Of a stretch of 64,000 nucleotides of DNA, positions 20,284 through 29,827 are shown piece after piece. The stretch's first letter is position 1. Each line of letters starts with the position of its first letter. Both the position numbers and the translations under genes were made by a program. The stretch lies in assembly GCA_963786935.1 (NCBI GenBank), contig CAWBAN010000002.1, positions 128,001 to 192,000 of the forward strand. The letters are read 5' to 3'. The notes under the pieces are model-generated. The model was not told the origin of the DNA, made no database searches, and was given only the letters and a program-made list of their open reading frames with translations. This DNA comes from an uncultured bacterium (GTDB lineage: Bacteria > Krumholzibacteriota > Krumholzibacteriia > Krumholzibacteriales > Krumholzibacteriaceae).

Positions 20284-22062
20284 TTGAAAAGAACGATCCT
20301 CTGCGTCCTGGCGGCCGCGCTCGCGCTGTCCCTCGGATGCGGCAAGAAAGAGAACCTCGTCATCGCCAAGGTGGCGGACCGGAAGATCACCGTCGGGGAC
20401 TTCAACAAGGCCGTCACGACGATGGACGAGAAGTACCTTCCCCGGACGAACGACCTCGAGGGGAAGAAAGAGCTGCTCGATATCATGATCAATAAGGAAA
20501 TCATGACGCTCAAGGCGCTTTCGGCCGGATACGAGAAGGAGCAGTGGTTCGTCGATTTCTGGGAGCGGTTCAAAGGGCAGTTCCTCGTCGCCTCGATGGA
20601 GAACGAATACATCATGAAGAAGGTCAAGGTGACCGAGGAGGAAGCCAAGGCCTACTTCGACCAGATGCACAGACAATTCACGTTGAGCCAGATTCTCGTC
20701 GCGAACGAGGATGAGGCCCGCGCCATCAAGGAGCAGCTCTCCGGGGGCGCCGATTTCGCCGAGCTCGCCAAGAAGTACTCGCTGAGCCGCGAAGCCGACG
20801 ACGGCGGGCTCCTCGGCACGAGCACGATCGGGAACATGTTCTACTGGATCGAAGAAGCCCTCGTGAACGCGAAAGAAGGGGATATCACGGAGCCCCTGCA
20901 AACGCCGACGGGGTGGACGATTCTCAAGGTGCACGCCGTCAAGGAGATCACGCCCGAGAAGGATCTGGAGTACGCGCGGAAGAAGGTCGAGGGGGACAAG
21001 CAGAAGAAGCTCCTCGCCGAGATGAAGCAGAAGATCGAGAAGGACATCGGGCTCGTCATCTATCCCGAGGCGGTCGGCATCGTGTACAACAACCTGCCGC
21101 CCGACATCTCGATGGAAGACATCGTCACCTACAAGGTGACTCGCGATAACGCGCCGAAGCTCGAGATCCCCGAGCAGTACCAGGGCATGCTCCTCGCCCA
21201 GTACGCCGACGGATCCTACACGCTCAAGGATTACATGAAGATCTACGACGAGATCGGGCTTCCCGAGCGTCCGAGCCACCGGCTCGGGAAGGACGCGATC
21301 GTCGAATCCATCCACCGGAAGATCTGGGATCAGGCGCTTCCGGTCTACGTCGAGAAGACGCTCAAGGTGCAGGACATTCCCGAGGTGGCGAAGGGGCTCC
21401 AGCAGAAGAAAGAAATGATGCTCACGTGGAAGTTCTACGAGGATCAGGTGAAGAGCCAGGTCGCGGTGAGCGAGCTCGACCTCCAGGATTATTACAACGC
21501 GAACCAGAGCGAGATCTCGAGCCCCGAACGGCGGGATTATTCGATCATCCTCGTGAGCGATAAGTCGAAGGCGGATCAGGCCGCCGCGGCCGCGCGCACG
21601 GGAGAGGATTTCACAAGGCTCGTGAAGAAATTCTCCGAGGATCCCCAGGCGATTCAGACCGGCGGCGCGACGGGGCTCGCGGCGAAGGGGAACTTCCCCG
21701 ATTACGACGAAATCGCGTTTTCGCTCCCCCTCGGCGGCGTTTCCGATCCGTTCCAGGTGCCGCGGGGATGGGCGGTCATCAAGGTCAATCAGATCGAGGC
21801 GCCCCAGCCGATGCCGTTCGCGAGCGCCGCGCAGATGCTGAAGGCGAAGCTGGAGGAGGACCGGGCCGAGAAGCTCCTCAAGGAAAAGCTCGCGAAATGG
21901 CGCCAAGACTACGCGAACGTGACCAAGATCAACACGAGGAACCTGAAGAAGACGGATCTCTCGAGGACGCGGCCGAGCGACGAGATACTGCAGCAGAAGG
22001 AGCGGGAGCGGGCCCTGCAGCAGCAGGCCGAGCAGTCGCAGCAGTTGCAAGTGCCGCGATGA
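20284..22062 (+). CDS. Lipoprotein peptidyl-prolyl isomerase with two parvulin domains
   Basis: AAGGAG RBS and TTG start. Lipobox LGC. Motifs FAELAKKYS...GGLLG and FTRLVKKFSED...VSDPFQVPRGWAVIKV. Confidence 0.85.
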   Translation: MKRTILCVLAAALALSLGCGKKENLVIAKVADRKITVGDFNKAVTTMDEKYLPRTNDLEGKKELLDIMINKEIMTLKALSAGYEKEQWFVDFWERFKGQFLVASMENEYIMKKVKVTEEEAKAYFDQMHRQFTLSQILVANEDEARAIKEQLSGGADFAELAKKYSLSREADDGGLLGTSTIGNMFYWIEEALVNAKEGDITEPLQTPTGWTILKVHAVKEITPEKDLEYARKKVEGDKQKKLLAEMKQKIEKDIGLVIYPEAVGIVYNNLPPDISMEDIVTYKVTRDNAPKLEIPEQYQGMLLAQYADGSYTLKDYMKIYDEIGLPERPSHRLGKDAIVESIHRKIWDQALPVYVEKTLKVQDIPEVAKGLQQKKEMMLTWKFYEDQVKSQVAVSELDLQDYYNANQSEISSPERRDYSIILVSDKSKADQAAAAARTGEDFTRLVKKFSEDPQAIQTGGATGLAAKGNFPDYDEIAFSLPLGGVSDPFQVPRGWAVIKVNQIEAPQPMPFASAAQMLKAKLEEDRAEKLLKEKLAKWRQDYANVTKINTRNLKKTDLSRTRPSDEILQQKERERALQQQAEQSQQLQVPR

Positions 22063-22077
22063 GGCGGGCGCATTGAT

Positions 22078-22989
22078 ATGACCGGGGCACGGGAGGCGAC
22101 AATCCTCTCTCTCCTCGTGCTCTTTGCCCTCGGAGGGTGCGGGAAGGGAAACGAGCGGGAGCAGGGGACCGGAGAGAGCGCGGGCGAGATCGTCCGCGTG
22201 GGGAGCGCCGTGCTCACCGGCGACGATCTCGCGAGGCTCGCCACCGAGGACGAGCAGATTCCCCCGACAGTCGAGGAGCGGCGGGAGTTCGTGAGCCGCT
22301 GGGTCGACACCGAGGTGCTGCGGCAGGAGGCCGTCCGCCGCGGGCTCACGTCCGACCCGTACGTGGAAGCGCGCCTGAAGGAGCTCGAGCAACAGTTCCT
22401 CGCCGACTACCTCGTTTTCTCGGAGCTGCGCGCGCGGACCGCGGTGAGCGAGGAGCAGGTGCGGGCGTATTACGCCGCGCACGAGCGGGAATACCTGTAC
22501 GAGTACCGCGTGAGCCAGATTATCGTTGCCACCCCCGAGGACGCCGAGCGCGTGATCGAGCTGCTCGGCACGAGGGGCTGGAGCTGGGTCGCGAACCGCT
22601 ACTCGATCGACGCGGGGGCGAGGCGCGGCGGCGATCTCGGGTACCTCACGAAGGGGAACATGAGCCCCGAGCTCGAGGCGATCGTCTTCGACATGAAGCC
22701 CGGCGACGTCACCGGCGTCATCAAATCGGATTTCGGCTATCACGTCTTCAAGCTCGACGATATCCGCGAAGCGGCGGTCTCGGTCGGGCTCGACGACGTG
22801 CGCGAGCAGATCACCGCCACGCTCATGCTCGAGAAGCGGAAAACGGCCTATCGCGAATTCATCGAGTCGCTCAAGGCGAAGGCCGACATAAAATACAAGG
22901 ACGAATCGTACTTGCGCCCCGTCGAGAGCGCGCCGCAGGCGGACACGGCCGGATTCTACGAGGACGTGGACACGTCCGGCACGCCCTGA
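22078..22989 (+). CDS. Lipoprotein parvulin-type PPIase (PrsA/PpiC-like)
   Basis: Lipobox LGGC. Motif RGGDLGY...IKSDFGYHVFKL. Confidence 0.85.
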   Translation: MTGAREATILSLLVLFALGGCGKGNEREQGTGESAGEIVRVGSAVLTGDDLARLATEDEQIPPTVEERREFVSRWVDTEVLRQEAVRRGLTSDPYVEARLKELEQQFLADYLVFSELRARTAVSEEQVRAYYAAHEREYLYEYRVSQIIVATPEDAERVIELLGTRGWSWVANRYSIDAGARRGGDLGYLTKGNMSPELEAIVFDMKPGDVTGVIKSDFGYHVFKLDDIREAAVSVGLDDVREQITATLMLEKRKTAYREFIESLKAKADIKYKDESYLRPVESAPQADTAGFYEDVDTSGTP

Positions 22990-23008
22990 AGCGGTTGGAG
23001 GAGGAACG

Positions 23009-24448
23009 ATGCATCATTTGAAGATCGTCGCGGCGGTCTGCGCGATATGCGCGGCCTCGGTCGCGGCGCCGGCGCCGCCGGCACGGGCGTTCCCGCAGGG
23101 CGCGAGCGCCGATACGGCGCGGGCCGACACGACGCGGGCCGACACGACGCGGGTTATCGAGGTGTGGGGGGATACGACGCGCGCCGCCGCTCCGGCTGGC
23201 GCGGGCACGGCGGCGGGCGCCCCCGTGCTCGTCGACGGGATCGCCGCGACCGTCGAGGACCGCGCGATCATGAAAAGCGACGTGGAAAACGAGATCAGGA
23301 ACTTCATGATCCAGACGCAGCGCGCAACCCTGACGGCCGACGAGGAGAAGGAGCTCAGGCAGGAGGCGCTCAACAGTCTCATTGCAACCGCGCTCCTCTC
23401 GGTTCAGGCCGAGCGGGACAACCTCAAGGTGGAGGATAAGGAAGTCGACGACGCGCTCGACCGCTGGATCGAGCAGAAGAAAACGGAAATGGGCGGGGAC
23501 GACGCGTTCGACCGGCAGCTCGCCGTCGAGGGGCTCACGATGGAGGCGCTCCGCGACCGGTACCGGGACAATATCAAGACGCTCCTCGTCATCGACAAAA
23601 TCAAATACCAGAAGATCATGCCGGAGGTCGCCGTTTCGGAGGCCGAGGTCCACTCGTACTACCTGGCGCACGTGACCGAGTTCCCGCAGAAGGAGCCGTC
23701 CGTGTCGATCGCCCAGATCCTCGTCGTGCCGAAGCCGGCCGAGCCGGTCCTCGCGAAGGCGCTCGAGAAGATCACGATGATCGAGGGCAAGCTCGCCGCC
23801 GGCGAGGATTTCGCGGCGACGGCGAAGGCGTTTTCGGACTGCCCGAGCGCGAAGTTCGGCGGCAATCTCGGCACGCTGAACCTCGACGAGCTCGGCAATC
23901 CGCCGTTCGCCGAGGCGGCCCGCAAGGTCCCGGTGGGCCAGATCAGCGCGCCCGTGCTCACCGAGTTCGGCTATCACATCATCAAAATCGAGAAGGTCGA
24001 CGGGGATCAGGTCACCCTGCGGCACATCCTCGTGCGCGCCGAACCCGGGCCCGAGGACGTCGAGACGGCGTCGAAGCTGGCCGAGCAGCTGCGGACGGAT
24101 CTCGCCGCGGGCGGGGATTTCGCGAAGGCGGCGGCGCAGTACTCGGGCGATTACGCCACAAAGGACAAGGGGGGCGTGCTGGGCGCGGTCGAGATCAAGA
24201 ATCTGCCCGAGAAGTTCCAGGCGGCGCTCAAGGGCGTGCCCGCGGGCGGGATCGCGCCGGTCGTCAAGGAGGATCGGGGATTCCGCGTCGTCAAGGTCTT
24301 GAGCTGGAACGCGGCGGGAACGTATTCGTACGACGAGGTGAAGAACCAGGTGCGGCGGATCGTCACCGAGAAGAAGATCATGGACCGGATGAACGAATAC
24401 GTGGAGGAGCTCAAGAAGGAATACGACGTCGTGATCAAGGGAGCATGA
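23009..24448 (+). CDS. surA: SurA-like periplasmic chaperone/PPIase
   Basis: Signal peptide, SurA N-domain (VDGIAATVEDRAIMKSDV) and two parvulin domains. Lies upstream of pdxA. Confidence 0.8.
   Translation: MHHLKIVAAVCAICAASVAAPAPPARAFPQGASADTARADTTRADTTRVIEVWGDTTRAAAPAGAGTAAGAPVLVDGIAATVEDRAIMKSDVENEIRNFMIQTQRATLTADEEKELRQEALNSLIATALLSVQAERDNLKVEDKEVDDALDRWIEQKKTEMGGDDAFDRQLAVEGLTMEALRDRYRDNIKTLLVIDKIKYQKIMPEVAVSEAEVHSYYLAHVTEFPQKEPSVSIAQILVVPKPAEPVLAKALEKITMIEGKLAAGEDFAATAKAFSDCPSAKFGGNLGTLNLDELGNPPFAEAARKVPVGQISAPVLTEFGYHIIKIEKVDGDQVTLRHILVRAEPGPEDVETASKLAEQLRTDLAAGGDFAKAAAQYSGDYATKDKGGVLGAVEIKNLPEKFQAALKGVPAGGIAPVVKEDRGFRVVKVLSWNAAGTYSYDEVKNQVRRIVTEKKIMDRMNEYVEELKKEYDVVIKGA
23118..23153 (+). 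repeat. 15-nt intragenic tandem repeat encoding RADTT units
   Basis: CGCGGGCCGACACGA twice plus a partial third copy. Confidence 0.8.
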
Positions 24449-24741
24449 CCCCGGTGAGAATCGATCTGCTCCTCAAATCCCTCTGTCTCGCGAAGACGCG
24501 GAGCCAGGCCCACAAGGGATGCGATTCGGGGAGCGTTTCCATCAACGGCAGGAAGGCGAAGCCGAGCACGGAGGTCCGCGCCGGCGACGTCGTCGAGGTC
24601 CGCCACCCGCGGGCGGTGACGGCGGTCGAGATCATCGAGGTTCCCGCGGGGCAGGTGCCGCGGAGGGACCGCGACCGGTACTTCCGCGTCATCCGGGAAA
24701 CCCGGATCGACGCGGGCGGCGGCGAGGAGTGGGATGTCTGA
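24445..24741 (+). CDS. hslR: S4 domain RNA-binding protein (Hsp15/HslR-like)
   Basis: RIDLLLKSLCLAKTRSQA...GSVSINGRKAKPSTEVRAGDVV. Confidence 0.8.
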   Translation: MTPVRIDLLLKSLCLAKTRSQAHKGCDSGSVSINGRKAKPSTEVRAGDVVEVRHPRAVTAVEIIEVPAGQVPRRDRDRYFRVIRETRIDAGGGEEWDV

Positions 24742-25759
24742 ACACGTCGTGCGTCTCGCGCTCACCGTCGGGGACCCGGGGGGCGTCGGCCCCGAGATCG
24801 CCGGCTCGCTCCTCGCCTCGGGCGCCCTCTCCGGCGCCGACGTGTACGTTCTCGGCGCCTACGCGGCGCTCGAGGCCTGGCTTCCCGCGCGCGCGTGCGG
24901 CGCCGCCCGCGTGATTCCGCTCGCCGAGGCGGCGGCGCTCGAGCCGCCCGACTCGTTCCCCGTCTATATCGACACCGGCGAAGCGACGGGCTACCCCGTC
25001 GGGCGCCCCACCGCGGCGGGGGGGCTCGCCTCGGGCCGGGCGATCGAAGCGGCCGCGTCCCTCGCGAGGCGGGGGCTCGTCGACGGCATCGTCACGGGGC
25101 CCATCGCGAAGGAGGCGCTCGCGCTCGCCGGCTACGCGAAATACAGCCACACCGAGCTGCTCGCGGAGCTGTTCGGCGCTCGCGCGTGCGAGATGATGAT
25201 GGTTTCGGGCGCGCTGCGCATCGTCATTCTCACGAGAGACATCCCGCTGCGGGACGTGAGCGCCGCGGTCACCGCGGCGCGGATCGAATCGGGCGTGCGC
25301 ACGACCGCCGCGGCGCTCACGGAGCTCTTCGGCGTCGCGCGTCCGCGGATCGCGGTCGCCGCGCTCAACCCGCACGCCGGGGACGGCGGCGTCCTCGGAA
25401 CGGAGGAGCGCGACACGATTCTCCCCGCCCTCGAGTCGCTCCGCGCGGCGGGCTACGACGCCGACGGCCCGTTCCCCGCGGACACATTGTTTTACAAATG
25501 GGAGCGGAAAGGGTACGATGCCTTCATCGCTCTCTACCACGATCAGGGAATGATCCCCTTCAAGGCGGGGGGCTTCGAGAAGGGCGTCAACATGACGATC
25601 GGGCTCCCGGTCGTGCGGACGTCCGTCTGTCACGGGACGGCTTTCGACATCGCCGGAACGGGCAGGGCGGAGGCGGGGAGCCTCGAGAGCGCGTTCGCGC
25701 TCGCCGTCGAATGCTGCCGCGCCCGGCGCGAACGGCGCCCGGACGGCGCTCGGGAGTGA
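24734..25759 (+). CDS. pdxA: 4-hydroxythreonine-4-phosphate dehydrogenase
   Basis: Motifs GDPGGVGPEI, ALNPHAGDGG, GPFPADT, YHDQG and RTSVCHGTAFDIAG. Confidence 0.95.
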   Translation: MSEHVVRLALTVGDPGGVGPEIAGSLLASGALSGADVYVLGAYAALEAWLPARACGAARVIPLAEAAALEPPDSFPVYIDTGEATGYPVGRPTAAGGLASGRAIEAAASLARRGLVDGIVTGPIAKEALALAGYAKYSHTELLAELFGARACEMMMVSGALRIVILTRDIPLRDVSAAVTAARIESGVRTTAAALTELFGVARPRIAVAALNPHAGDGGVLGTEERDTILPALESLRAAGYDADGPFPADTLFYKWERKGYDAFIALYHDQGMIPFKAGGFEKGVNMTIGLPVVRTSVCHGTAFDIAGTGRAEAGSLESAFALAVECCRARRERRPDGARE

Positions 25760-25760
25760 G

Positions 25761-26549
25761 ATGGAGCAGGACCAGAGAATCATCGTCGGCGTGTACCACC
25801 TCTCGAAAACCTTCGGGAAGCACTTCAGCCTCCACGACATCAACCTGCAGGTCACGAACGGCGAGTTCGTGTTCCTCGTCGGCCGGAGCGGCGCCGGGAA
25901 GAGCACGCTCCTGCGCATGATCTACATGGACGATTTCCCGAGCTCCGGGCAGGTGGTCGTCGGCCCGTACATATCGACCAAAATGAAGCGGAGCACGATC
26001 CCGCATCTCCGGCGGAAGATCGGCATCGTATTCCAGGACTTCCGGCTCCTCGACGACCGGACCATATTCGAGAACGTCGCCCTCGCGCTCAAGGCGTCGG
26101 GCGCCGGTCTCGGCGACGTGAAGCACCAGGTCACCGACATCCTCATGCGCGTCGGCCTCTATCACAAGCGCTACGATTTTCCGCACGAGCTCTCGGGGGG
26201 CGAGCAGCAGCGCGTCGCGATCGCGCGCGCCGTCGCGAACCGCCCCTCCGTGCTCCTCGCCGACGAGCCGACGGGGAACCTCGATCCCGTGGTGACGCGG
26301 AGCATTCTCGAGCTCCTGTTCAAGATCAACGCCGGCGGCACCGCCGTGCTCATGGCGACGCACGATCTCGATCTCGTCAAGAGCTTCGGGCAGCGGATCA
26401 TCTACCTCGACGGCGGCCGCGTCGTGAAGGACAAGGACATGATCTACGTCGGCGACCTGCGCGAGCGGATCGCGGGCTCCGAGATCAGCGAGAAGGCCGA
26501 TCGCCTCGAGGATCGGGACATCACGGGAGACGGGAGGAATCGCCGGTGA
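25761..26549 (+). CDS. ftsE: Cell division ABC ATPase FtsE
   Basis: Motifs [32 protein letters not shown] and ADEPTGNLD. Confidence 0.92.
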   Translation: MEQDQRIIVGVYHLSKTFGKHFSLHDINLQVTNGEFVFLVGRSGAGKSTLLRMIYMDDFPSSGQVVVGPYISTKMKRSTIPHLRRKIGIVFQDFRLLDDRTIFENVALALKASGAGLGDVKHQVTDILMRVGLYHKRYDFPHELSGGEQQRVAIARAVANRPSVLLADEPTGNLDPVVTRSILELLFKINAGGTAVLMATHDLDLVKSFGQRIIYLDGGRVVKDKDMIYVGDLRERIAGSEISEKADRLEDRDITGDGRNRR

Positions 26550-27415
26550 ACCTGAACCAGCTGCGGTACGTGGTCGGCGAATCGCTGACGATGATGTCGC
26601 GCCGGAAGGCGGCGAACGTACTCTCGATCATCATCATGGGACTGAGCCTCCTCATCCTCGTCGTCTTCCTCCTGCTCACCCTCAACGTGCAGGCGGTCAT
26701 CGACCGGGCGAGCGGCGAGATGCGGGCCTACGTCTACCTCACGGACGGGCTCGACGCGGCGGCCTCGCGCGAGATCCAGATGAAGCTGCTCGGCCGGGAG
26801 GGGATCGAGGAGGTCGTCTTCGTATCGAAGGAAGAGGCGCTCTCCTCGTTCCGCGAGGATCTCGGGGACAACAAGGACATGCTCGACGCGCTCGGGAGCA
26901 ATCCGCTCCCCGACGCGTACCGCGTCAAGGTGAAGCCCGACTACATCCGCTCCGAGTTCATGGAGAAGCTGGCCGCCGAGGCGGGGCGGTGGAAAGGCGT
27001 CGAGGAGTTCCGCTACGGCGAGAAATGGCTCGGGCGCGGCGAGAAGCTCGTCCGGGGCTTCTACTTCGTCGACCTCGTGATCGGGATCATCATCTTCCTC
27101 TCGGTGGTCTTCGTCATCGCGAACACGGTGCGGCTCACCGTGCTCACGAGGCAGAAGGCGATCGAGGTGGCGAAGCTGGTCGGCGCGACGAACGCCTTCA
27201 TTCAGATCCCGTTCCTCGTTGAGGGGGCGCTCCAGGGGGCGGTGGCGTCGCTGCTCGCGATCGCGCTCCTCGCCGTGATTCACTCGTTCGCGAAGCGATC
27301 CCTGCCGGGCGTGCTGTTCCTCCGCGGGGACGCGATACTCGTGTTCGTCGTGTTCTGCGCCTTGCTCGGCGCGGCCGCGAGCTACGGCGCGATGCGGCGC
27401 TTCCTCAAAGTATGA
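26546..27415 (+). CDS. ftsX: Cell division permease FtsX
   Basis: Four TM helices. Motifs NPLPDA, NTVRLT and LVGATNAFIQIPFLVEG. Confidence 0.92.
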   Translation: MNLNQLRYVVGESLTMMSRRKAANVLSIIIMGLSLLILVVFLLLTLNVQAVIDRASGEMRAYVYLTDGLDAAASREIQMKLLGREGIEEVVFVSKEEALSSFREDLGDNKDMLDALGSNPLPDAYRVKVKPDYIRSEFMEKLAAEAGRWKGVEEFRYGEKWLGRGEKLVRGFYFVDLVIGIIIFLSVVFVIANTVRLTVLTRQKAIEVAKLVGATNAFIQIPFLVEGALQGAVASLLAIALLAVIHSFAKRSLPGVLFLRGDAILVFVVFCALLGAAASYGAMRRFLKV

Positions 27416-28641
27416 CGACGCCGGACGGTCTTATGACCATGCTCTGGAAGAATGCCCGGAGAACGCTCCTGCCGCTCGCCGCGCTGCTCTGCGCGATCGT
27501 CGCGGGACCCCTGGCGCAGGATCAGCAGGAGGGCTCGCTCGACGATCGGATCCGCGCGAAGGACGCCGAGCTCCAGAAGCTCCGCGAGGAGATCGCCGCG
27601 GAGCGCAGGAACATCGAGGAGGTCGAGCGGAAGGAGAAGGACATCGCCGGATATCTCGCGAAGCTCGACCGGGAGGAGAAGCTCACCAAACGGCTGCTGG
27701 CGGGCATCTCGGAGAAGGAGGATATGCTCGAGCAACAGGTGGCGCGCCTCCGGGAGGATCTCGTGTACAGCGAATCGGTGTTCGACCGCCGCCGCGTCAT
27801 TCTCGCGAAGCGGCTGCGGGAGATGTACATGAGCGGGCCGCGGTACACGTGGCAGGAGCTCCTGCAGGCGAGCAATTTCGGCGATCTGCTCCAGCGGTAC
27901 AAGTTCCTCGCGACGATCGCGGCGAACGACGCGAACCTCGTCGAGGAGGTTCGCCAGCACAAGACCGACGTCGCGCGCCGCGAGACGAACCTCACGGAAT
28001 CGCTCGCGCAGGCGACCGCCGCGCGGCGCGAGAAGGAACGCGAGCTCGCGCGTCTGCGGGCGAACGAGGAGAAGCGCAAAAAATCGCTCGCCCAGCTCAA
28101 GACGAGCAAGAGCGCGTCGCAGAAGCGGATCGAGCAGCTCGCGAAGGCCGAGCGCGATCTCGTCGCGATCATCGAGTCGTTCGAGAAGGAGCGGACCACC
28201 GCGGCGCCGGAGGCCTGGGAGGCGAGCGCCGGGAAGGAATTTCCCGCGCTCAAGGGGCGCATGCGGGCCCCCGTCGAGGGCAAGCGCGTGCGCGGCTTCG
28301 GCGAGTCGAAGCATCCCGAGTTCGGGACGGTGACCTTCAATCCGGGCGTCGATTTCGAGACGCGGGCCGGCTCGCCGGTGCGCGCCGTCGCGCGGGGGAA
28401 GGTGGAGTACGCGAGCCTCCTGCCCGGCTTCGGGAACTGCATCATCGTCTCGCACGGGCAGGGGTATTACACCCTCTACGCGCACACGTCGAAGATATTC
28501 GTGAAGAAGGACATGATGGTGAATCCGGGGGACGTGATCGCGGAGGCGGGCGGCCCGGCGGCGGAGACGGGGAACGCGTTCCATTTCGAGATTCGGAAAT
28601 CGAAGAAGGCGCTCGATCCGGCCGAGTGGCTCGGGAGATAG
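27412..28641 (+). CDS. envC: Murein hydrolase activator EnvC (coiled coil + M23 domain)
   Basis: Long coiled coil, then GNCIIVSHGQGYYTLYAH and FHFEIRK. Follows ftsEX. Confidence 0.85.
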   Translation: MTTPDGLMTMLWKNARRTLLPLAALLCAIVAGPLAQDQQEGSLDDRIRAKDAELQKLREEIAAERRNIEEVERKEKDIAGYLAKLDREEKLTKRLLAGISEKEDMLEQQVARLREDLVYSESVFDRRRVILAKRLREMYMSGPRYTWQELLQASNFGDLLQRYKFLATIAANDANLVEEVRQHKTDVARRETNLTESLAQATAARREKERELARLRANEEKRKKSLAQLKTSKSASQKRIEQLAKAERDLVAIIESFEKERTTAAPEAWEASAGKEFPALKGRMRAPVEGKRVRGFGESKHPEFGTVTFNPGVDFETRAGSPVRAVARGKVEYASLLPGFGNCIIVSHGQGYYTLYAHTSKIFVKKDMMVNPGDVIAEAGGPAAETGNAFHFEIRKSKKALDPAEWLGR

Positions 28642-28686
28642 GCGGGCCCCCGGAGGGCCGCCGAAGCGCGGAAAGGCACATCGGGC

Positions 28687-29817
28687 ATGGACATCCTTGC
28701 GGCGGCCGAGACGATCGCGCGCGCGCAGCCCCGCGTCGGGCCGCTCCTCGAGGGGCTCGCCGCCTCCGGGAAGCTGCCCCCGTCGCTCATCTTCGCGGGG
28801 CCGGAGGGCTCCGGCAAGGAGCTCATGGCCGTGCGGCTCGCCGCGCTCCTGAACTGCGAGGGATCGGGCGCCGGGAAAGCGTGCGGCCCCGGCGGGCGAT
28901 GCCCCGCCTGCTCCAAGATACGGACCCTCGAGTATCCCGACCTTCACCTCATCTACGCGGTGCCCCACGGCGAAATCGACGCGGGGCTGCCGCAGGTCGT
29001 CGATTCGAGGCGCGAGGATTTCTTCGCGCGCGGGGAGTTCGGGAGCCGCAGCAGGAGCATCGGCATCGATCTCGTGCGGCTCGTCATCGAGGCGCTCTCG
29101 AAGCACCCGTTCGAGGGAAAGCGCTCCGTCGTCGCGATCTTCGAGGCGCACCTCGCGACGGCCGAGGCCCAGAACGCGCTCCTCAAGATCCTCGAGGAGC
29201 CGCCCCCCTCGGCCGCGATCGTGCTCGTGACGGAGTATCCCGACCGGCTTCTCCCGACGATCCGCTCGCGCTGTCAGGAGATCCGCTTCGACGCGCTCGC
29301 TCCCGCGGCGGTCGCCGCGTTTCTCGAGGAGTACTCCGCGGTCGAGCGGGGGGAGGCGCGGCGGCTCGCGGCGCTGTCGCAGGGGAACCTCCGCCGCGGC
29401 ATGCACCTCCTCGAGGACCGGTTCCTCGGGCTCTGGAAGGACGCCGCCGCGGTCGTCGGGCTCGTCATCGACGGGAAGCGCGCGGAGCTGCTCGCCGAGG
29501 CGGAGGAGATCGCGAGCTACAGCGAGGCGTGGAAACGGAACAGGCGCTATTCGCGCGAGGAGATCGCCGAGCTGCTCGAGGAAATGATCATTCTCTTCGG
29601 GCTCCTCATCAGGAACCGCGACGGGCTCCTCGCGGAGGCGGAGCGGGGCGCGCTGGCCGAGACGATCGGCGCCGGGCGGGTCGCGGCGGCCGGGGCGCGG
29701 AACCTCTCGGGGGACGTCGGAAAGATATCGGCCGCGATCGGGAGCCTCCGCCGGAACGCCGATCTGGAACTGACGCTCTCTCATCTGTTTCTTGATTTGG
29801 CGCACGCGTGGTATTAG
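28687..29817 (+). CDS. holB: DNA polymerase III delta' subunit
   Basis: Motifs FAGPEGSGK, a Cys zinc module, AQNALLKILEEP and LLPTIRSRC. Confidence 0.88.
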   Translation: MDILAAAETIARAQPRVGPLLEGLAASGKLPPSLIFAGPEGSGKELMAVRLAALLNCEGSGAGKACGPGGRCPACSKIRTLEYPDLHLIYAVPHGEIDAGLPQVVDSRREDFFARGEFGSRSRSIGIDLVRLVIEALSKHPFEGKRSVVAIFEAHLATAEAQNALLKILEEPPPSAAIVLVTEYPDRLLPTIRSRCQEIRFDALAPAAVAAFLEEYSAVERGEARRLAALSQGNLRRGMHLLEDRFLGLWKDAAAVVGLVIDGKRAELLAEAEEIASYSEAWKRNRRYSREEIAELLEEMIILFGLLIRNRDGLLAEAERGALAETIGAGRVAAAGARNLSGDVGKISAAIGSLRRNADLELTLSHLFLDLAHAWY

Positions 29818-29820
29818 ATT
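29792..29820 (+). promoter_or_regulatory. Putative promoter immediately upstream of ricT (leaderless-type spacing)
   Basis: TTGATT-N17-TAGATT, then 7 nt to ATG 29828. Confidence 0.5.
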
Positions 29821-29827
29821 GAGGGCT

